Source: a virus. From it: a DNA stretch of 29,456 bases. The stretch's first letter is position 1, and every line of letters starts with the position of its first letter. Location of the stretch: IMG/VR virus record IMGVR_UViG_3300002461_000876; one strand, 5' to 3'. Below, piece after piece: positions 25,975-29,456 of this stretch. The position numbers and the translations under genes were made by a program. The notes under the pieces are model-generated. The model searched no databases. It saw nothing but the letters and a program-made list of their open reading frames with translations, and was not told the DNA's origin.

Positions 25975-26240
25975 AAATGGCAACCATGAAAAAGATCTTC
26001 GTCATCATCGCGCTGGCATTCACCGCTTGCGACCAGGATCACAAGCTCGTCCTCGTCAGGCGCTGCTTCGGGAATCCCGAGTACAGAGACTGGATCGTCG
26101 AGTGCTCGAAGTACGGAGAGAACTCCATCGCGTACTGCGAAGAATATGCCGTCGACATCTTCGACTGTCCATTCGTCGAAGAGTGCCACATGTACGGAGA
26201 TGTTGTTCCGTTAGAGAACTGCACGTCCATGGATCGGTAG
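25971..26240 (+). CDS. Cys-rich putative lipoprotein
   Basis: MKKIFVIIALAFTAC lipobox-like signal. Confidence 0.7.
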   Translation: MKMATMKKIFVIIALAFTACDQDHKLVLVRRCFGNPEYRDWIVECSKYGENSIAYCEEYAVDIFDCPFVEECHMYGDVVPLENCTSMDR

Positions 26241-26247
26241 GCGAACC

Positions 26248-26784
26248 ATGCTCTGTCTCAGCGTTCACCAGCCGTGGGGATCAGCGATCGTGATCTCGGA
26301 GCAGGAGATGGTCCGCCAGCGTCGCAAGACTGGCTGGCCTCGAGGCCATCGCCCTGCCATTCCCAAGACGGTCGAGAACCGGACCTGGAACTCTTTGTTC
26401 CGCGGCAAGTTCGCGATCCATGCCTCGGGCCAGATGACTGCCCGTGAGTACGACGAGTCGGCCGAGTCGATCCGTGCCTCGGGTGGATTCGTCATGCCCT
26501 ACATGAAGATCCGACTCGGCGTCATTCTCGGAACCGCAGACCTGGTCCATGTGCTTCCGCCGCGATCCGAGCCCTACCCCTCGAAGATCACTCCGAAGCT
26601 GTTGTCCGAGCTCAGCTCTGGGTCTCCTGTTCCTATCACGAGGAACGACCTGCGATGGCACATCTACGATCAGTACGGACTCGTGCTTCGGAACATCGTC
26701 CCTTGTAAGCTCGTACAGTTCAAGGGCAGGCAACGGTGGTTCTCCCTTCCTGATGATGTCGCGACGAAGATCGTGACCGAGTAA
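26248..26784 (+). CDS. ASCH domain protein
   Basis: LSVHQPW...KTVENRTW...RGKFAIHAS...GVILGTADL...KGRQRWF. Confidence 0.85.
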   Translation: MLCLSVHQPWGSAIVISEQEMVRQRRKTGWPRGHRPAIPKTVENRTWNSLFRGKFAIHASGQMTAREYDESAESIRASGGFVMPYMKIRLGVILGTADLVHVLPPRSEPYPSKITPKLLSELSSGSPVPITRNDLRWHIYDQYGLVLRNIVPCKLVQFKGRQRWFSLPDDVATKIVTE

Positions 26785-26824
26785 CCCGGCGCTTGGCGCC
26801 AAGACCCAAGAGAGAAGAGAAGCA

Positions 26825-27313
26825 ATGCAACACCAAGAACCAGTCCATGTCTTCGAGCGTCTCGTCGGAACGATGAAGGTCGGCGAGCTCGCCGAACGAG
26901 CCGGCGTCTCCGTCAGCGACCTCATCGATCGTGTCTCGTCCTCCTCGGACGTGGACTTCGCGAACTCGAGCCAAGAGGAGGAGATCGCCGCGGGGTGCAG
27001 CTTGGAAGAGCTCGAGGCCGAGGTCGAAGCCGAGGGGTTCTCCGGGGCCACCAAGACTGTCAAGAGGACCAGGACCGCCAGAGACACCGCCAAGAAGTCG
27101 TCGCCGAAGCGCGTGAGGTCGGTCAGCGCCGACAGCATACTCTCGGCGCTTCCCCAGAACGGTTCGTGGGTCAGCCTCCGTGACCTCCGGCGGCGCTTCC
27201 GGATCGCGGTCGACGTGCTCGATGGGACGCTGAAGAATATGCTCTCCAGTCGATCGATCCTCGCCGACAAGGACGAGGCCGGCGAGGTCGTCTACAAGCG
27301 CAGCGGTCGATGA
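26825..27313 (+). CDS. Putative DNA-binding protein (N-terminal HTH, C-terminal winged helix)
   Basis: MKVGELAERAGVSVSDL; VSLRDLRRRF...LKNMLSSRSI. Confidence 0.6.
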   Translation: MQHQEPVHVFERLVGTMKVGELAERAGVSVSDLIDRVSSSSDVDFANSSQEEEIAAGCSLEELEAEVEAEGFSGATKTVKRTRTARDTAKKSSPKRVRSVSADSILSALPQNGSWVSLRDLRRRFRIAVDVLDGTLKNMLSSRSILADKDEAGEVVYKRSGR

Positions 27314-27903
27314 CGATCCGTCCACAGGTCCTTCCGCTGACCGGAGAAGAGCGAGATCGTATCGCTCTTCTCCGGCCGGCGGAGCCGTCGCTCGGACTTC
27401 CCGAGCCGCAGCTCGTGCTTCGTGAGCCTCGCGACATCGACGCCGCATACAAGGCATGGGGTGCGAACTGCGGCCCTGCAGCTCTTGCTGCTGCGATCGG
27501 CGTCGACCTCGAGCAGGTCAGGGGTGCAGTCGGTGGTCCATCGTGGAAGGGATACATGGGCGTCGTGGACATGCGCGATGCGATCGATCGCTGCCCTGGC
27601 GTCTGCATCGCCGAGCAGTGGTCGAAGCCGGCCCGTCTTCCCAAGACCGACGGATCCCCTGTCCTTCTCCTGATCCACTGGGGGGGACCGTGGTCCACGG
27701 TCCCTCGCGCCGCAGCGAAGCATCGACACTGGATCGTGTTCCGAGACGGATATGTCGGGGCGTCTGCGTCGGGGTTCGTCTTCGACGTCAACTGTGGCTG
27801 GGTTCCGAGGGCGGACTGGATCATCAGGACGCTTCCGAATCTTCTTCCAGATCGAGCCGATGGGACGATGTCGATCGGCTGGGCCTGCACCGTGAGGACG
27901 TGA
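27310..27903 (+). CDS. C39-like papain-fold cysteine peptidase
   Basis: NCGPAALAAAIG (catalytic Cys), HWIVF (His), FDVN. Confidence 0.6.
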   Translation: MTIRPQVLPLTGEERDRIALLRPAEPSLGLPEPQLVLREPRDIDAAYKAWGANCGPAALAAAIGVDLEQVRGAVGGPSWKGYMGVVDMRDAIDRCPGVCIAEQWSKPARLPKTDGSPVLLLIHWGGPWSTVPRAAAKHRHWIVFRDGYVGASASGFVFDVNCGWVPRADWIIRTLPNLLPDRADGTMSIGWACTVRT

Positions 27904-27906
27904 CCC

Positions 27907-28092
27907 ATGAGCTGCTGCGCGAGATCAAGACCTCGTCTGACCAAGGACAAGAAGCTGCGGTGCAAGAACTGTGGCGCCTTCTCTGATCCTCCACCTGAGT
28001 CGCCGAGAGAACCGTTGAAGCGGATCTCAAACGCGGTGCTCATGAGCGCCCTCATCATGACGATGCCGCCGCCTTCGAGGAGAAGGTCATGA
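27907..28092 (+). CDS. Small Cys-containing protein
   Basis: CC...CKNC; ATGA overlap with the next gene. Confidence 0.45.
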   Translation: MSCCARSRPRLTKDKKLRCKNCGAFSDPPPESPREPLKRISNAVLMSALIMTMPPPSRRRS

Positions 28093-28355
28093 CGGATCCT
28101 CTCCACGATCCTGCGTCGGAACTCGTCGTGGCGTTGAACAAGTTCCAGAAGGAACGTGTCGACGAGGCCAAAGCGAAAGGAGAGCCCATGTTCATGGGCC
28201 TTCCCGACCGGTGGTACGACCCGCCGGGTCCCAAGTGGAGATGCCTCAAGGGTCACGTCTCGAGGCACTACATCGGATCGGAGAGATTCGGTCCGCAGTG
28301 TCCCAAGTGCTTGGGGTGCCTGATCCTTACCTTCCCAGAGGACTGCGAGTCATGA
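28089..28355 (+). CDS. Small zinc-ribbon protein
   Basis: CLKGH...CPKC. Confidence 0.7.
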   Translation: MTDPLHDPASELVVALNKFQKERVDEAKAKGEPMFMGLPDRWYDPPGPKWRCLKGHVSRHYIGSERFGPQCPKCLGCLILTFPEDCES

Positions 28356-28636
28356 GCAAGATCCGAGTGTGGCATATCCCTCAGGTTCCAGGCGAGCCCT
28401 TCCTCGTCGAGGTTCCCGACATTCGCTCGGCAGAGCTGGTGAAGAAGGCTCTCGCCGACTACGACATCTTCCAGTTCGAGAACCGGATCAAACCCGACTA
28501 CTGCAACGCCCAGGGCACTGAGGTGTTCGTCGACGGAGAGTGGATCGACGCGGACGATCTGGATCCTCTCTCGTGTCGGATCCGATACCGAACCTCGACC
28601 AGCGGCGAGGTCGAACTGCCCGTGCTCGCCTCCTGA
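28352..28636 (+). CDS. P22 gp17-like ('superinfection exclusion') family protein
   Basis: KIRVWHIPQVP..PF.VEV...LADYD.FQ..N.IKPDYCNA.G matches the family motif as recalled; start ATG 28352. Confidence 0.75.
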   Translation: MSKIRVWHIPQVPGEPFLVEVPDIRSAELVKKALADYDIFQFENRIKPDYCNAQGTEVFVDGEWIDADDLDPLSCRIRYRTSTSGEVELPVLAS

Positions 28637-28646
28637 GGAGAACGCG

Positions 28647-28751
28647 ATGCTCGAAGCTCGATACACTCTGAAGTGGTGGATCTCGCTGATCGGGGCGATG
28701 ACTTTTGCCTCTGCCGAGATTGCGATTGTCTGGGTGGCATTCTATGGATAA
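28647..28751 (+). CDS. 34-aa membrane peptide (below the ORF-track cutoff)
   Basis: GAGGAG RBS; MLEARYTLKWWISLIGAMTFASAEIAIVWVAFYG fills the operon gap. Confidence 0.6.
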   Translation: MLEARYTLKWWISLIGAMTFASAEIAIVWVAFYG

Positions 28752-28757
28752 ACAACC

Positions 28758-29345
28758 ATGACGACCGATGTCGTACTACCAGGGGTTGCGATCGCCCACG
28801 CCTTCACGCCGAGGGAGACGGCGACGTTCGGAGGACGAGACCACGTGATCGTCCTCGGCGATTTCGTTCGCCCACGATTCAAGCGGAAGAATGGAGACGC
28901 GCTGTGTCGTCCGAGGTCGAAGTTCTGGGGGCTCGAGCAGGTCGATGATCCGAAAAGTAGGAGGCCGTGCCCGAAGTGCATGAGACTGGCCTGGCGCTAC
29001 GAGTTGACGTCCATCGTCCTCGAGGTCCTCGGGCTTCCTGATCCCAGCAAGCTCCCGATCTCGCCTTGGGATCCTCCCCGAAAAGCACTAGGATGCTGCG
29101 TCGATCGGAGATACGGGAAGGGGTGCGTCGAGTCGACCTGCATGCATCTTCCGATCGGAGAGACATGCCGGTCGTGTGCGCACGTCGTTCGATGCACCAC
29201 GATCTTCGGTCAAGATCCGGACAAAACCTACTGCCAGTTCTTCCCCCGAAGGTTCTTGTTGCGAAAGGCCCAGCACGATGAGCAGTCCAGCCAAGCAGAC
29301 CAACCCCCACTCGACCACCGATCCGAACGACAAGAGGGCGGTTGA
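28758..29345 (+). CDS. Cys-rich hypothetical protein
   Basis: CPKC, CC, CRSCAH...C...C. Confidence 0.65.
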   Translation: MTTDVVLPGVAIAHAFTPRETATFGGRDHVIVLGDFVRPRFKRKNGDALCRPRSKFWGLEQVDDPKSRRPCPKCMRLAWRYELTSIVLEVLGLPDPSKLPISPWDPPRKALGCCVDRRYGKGCVESTCMHLPIGETCRSCAHVVRCTTIFGQDPDKTYCQFFPRRFLLRKAQHDEQSSQADQPPLDHRSERQEGG

Positions 29346-29456
29346 GACTGCCCTGGTGGTTCGACTCGTCGCGTACGCCAAGGCTCAGGGGGTTGGGGGC
29401 TGCGATTCGTGCTCGTGGCTCCTCGGCCAGCTCGAGAAGATGGCGACCCACGAGAT
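29278..29456 (+). CDS. Hypothetical protein, truncated by the window end
   Basis: MSSPAKQTNP...CDSCSWLLGQLEK, open to the end of the window. Confidence 0.45.
   Translation, partial: MSSPAKQTNPHSTTDPNDKRAVETALVVRLVAYAKAQGVGGCDSCSWLLGQLEKMATHE

Overview
GC-rich (roughly 60-65% by eye), densely coding fragment that looks like part of a large bacterial virus genome. It has no host housekeeping genes, many small overlapping ORFs with ATGA junctions, and no capsid or terminase gene recognisable in this window. Left to right: (1) a glycosylation module on the minus strand (GT2 fused to a second GT-like domain and cut off by the window edge, a GT-D-like protein, a second GT2, and a ConA-like beta-sandwich protein), interrupted at 2274-2833 by a non-coding array of eight 34-bp hairpin repeats with unique spacers, one inverted anti-repeat and no cas genes; (2) an N6A/N4C DNA methyltransferase; (3) a block of membrane-anchored, probably virion or lysis proteins (M23 peptidase, lipoprotein, poly-Gly/PG-binding protein, holin-like proteins, a paralogous pair), many with basic tails carrying an Asn-Pro motif; (4) an SF2 helicase, a stand-alone DUF262 protein, a ParB-like protein and hypothetical genes; (5) a strand switch at about 23 kb flanked by a diverged inverted duplication, then a plus-strand run of small accessory genes (ASCH, C39-like peptidase, P22 gp17-like). 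All family calls come from motif recognition by eye; no searches were run.
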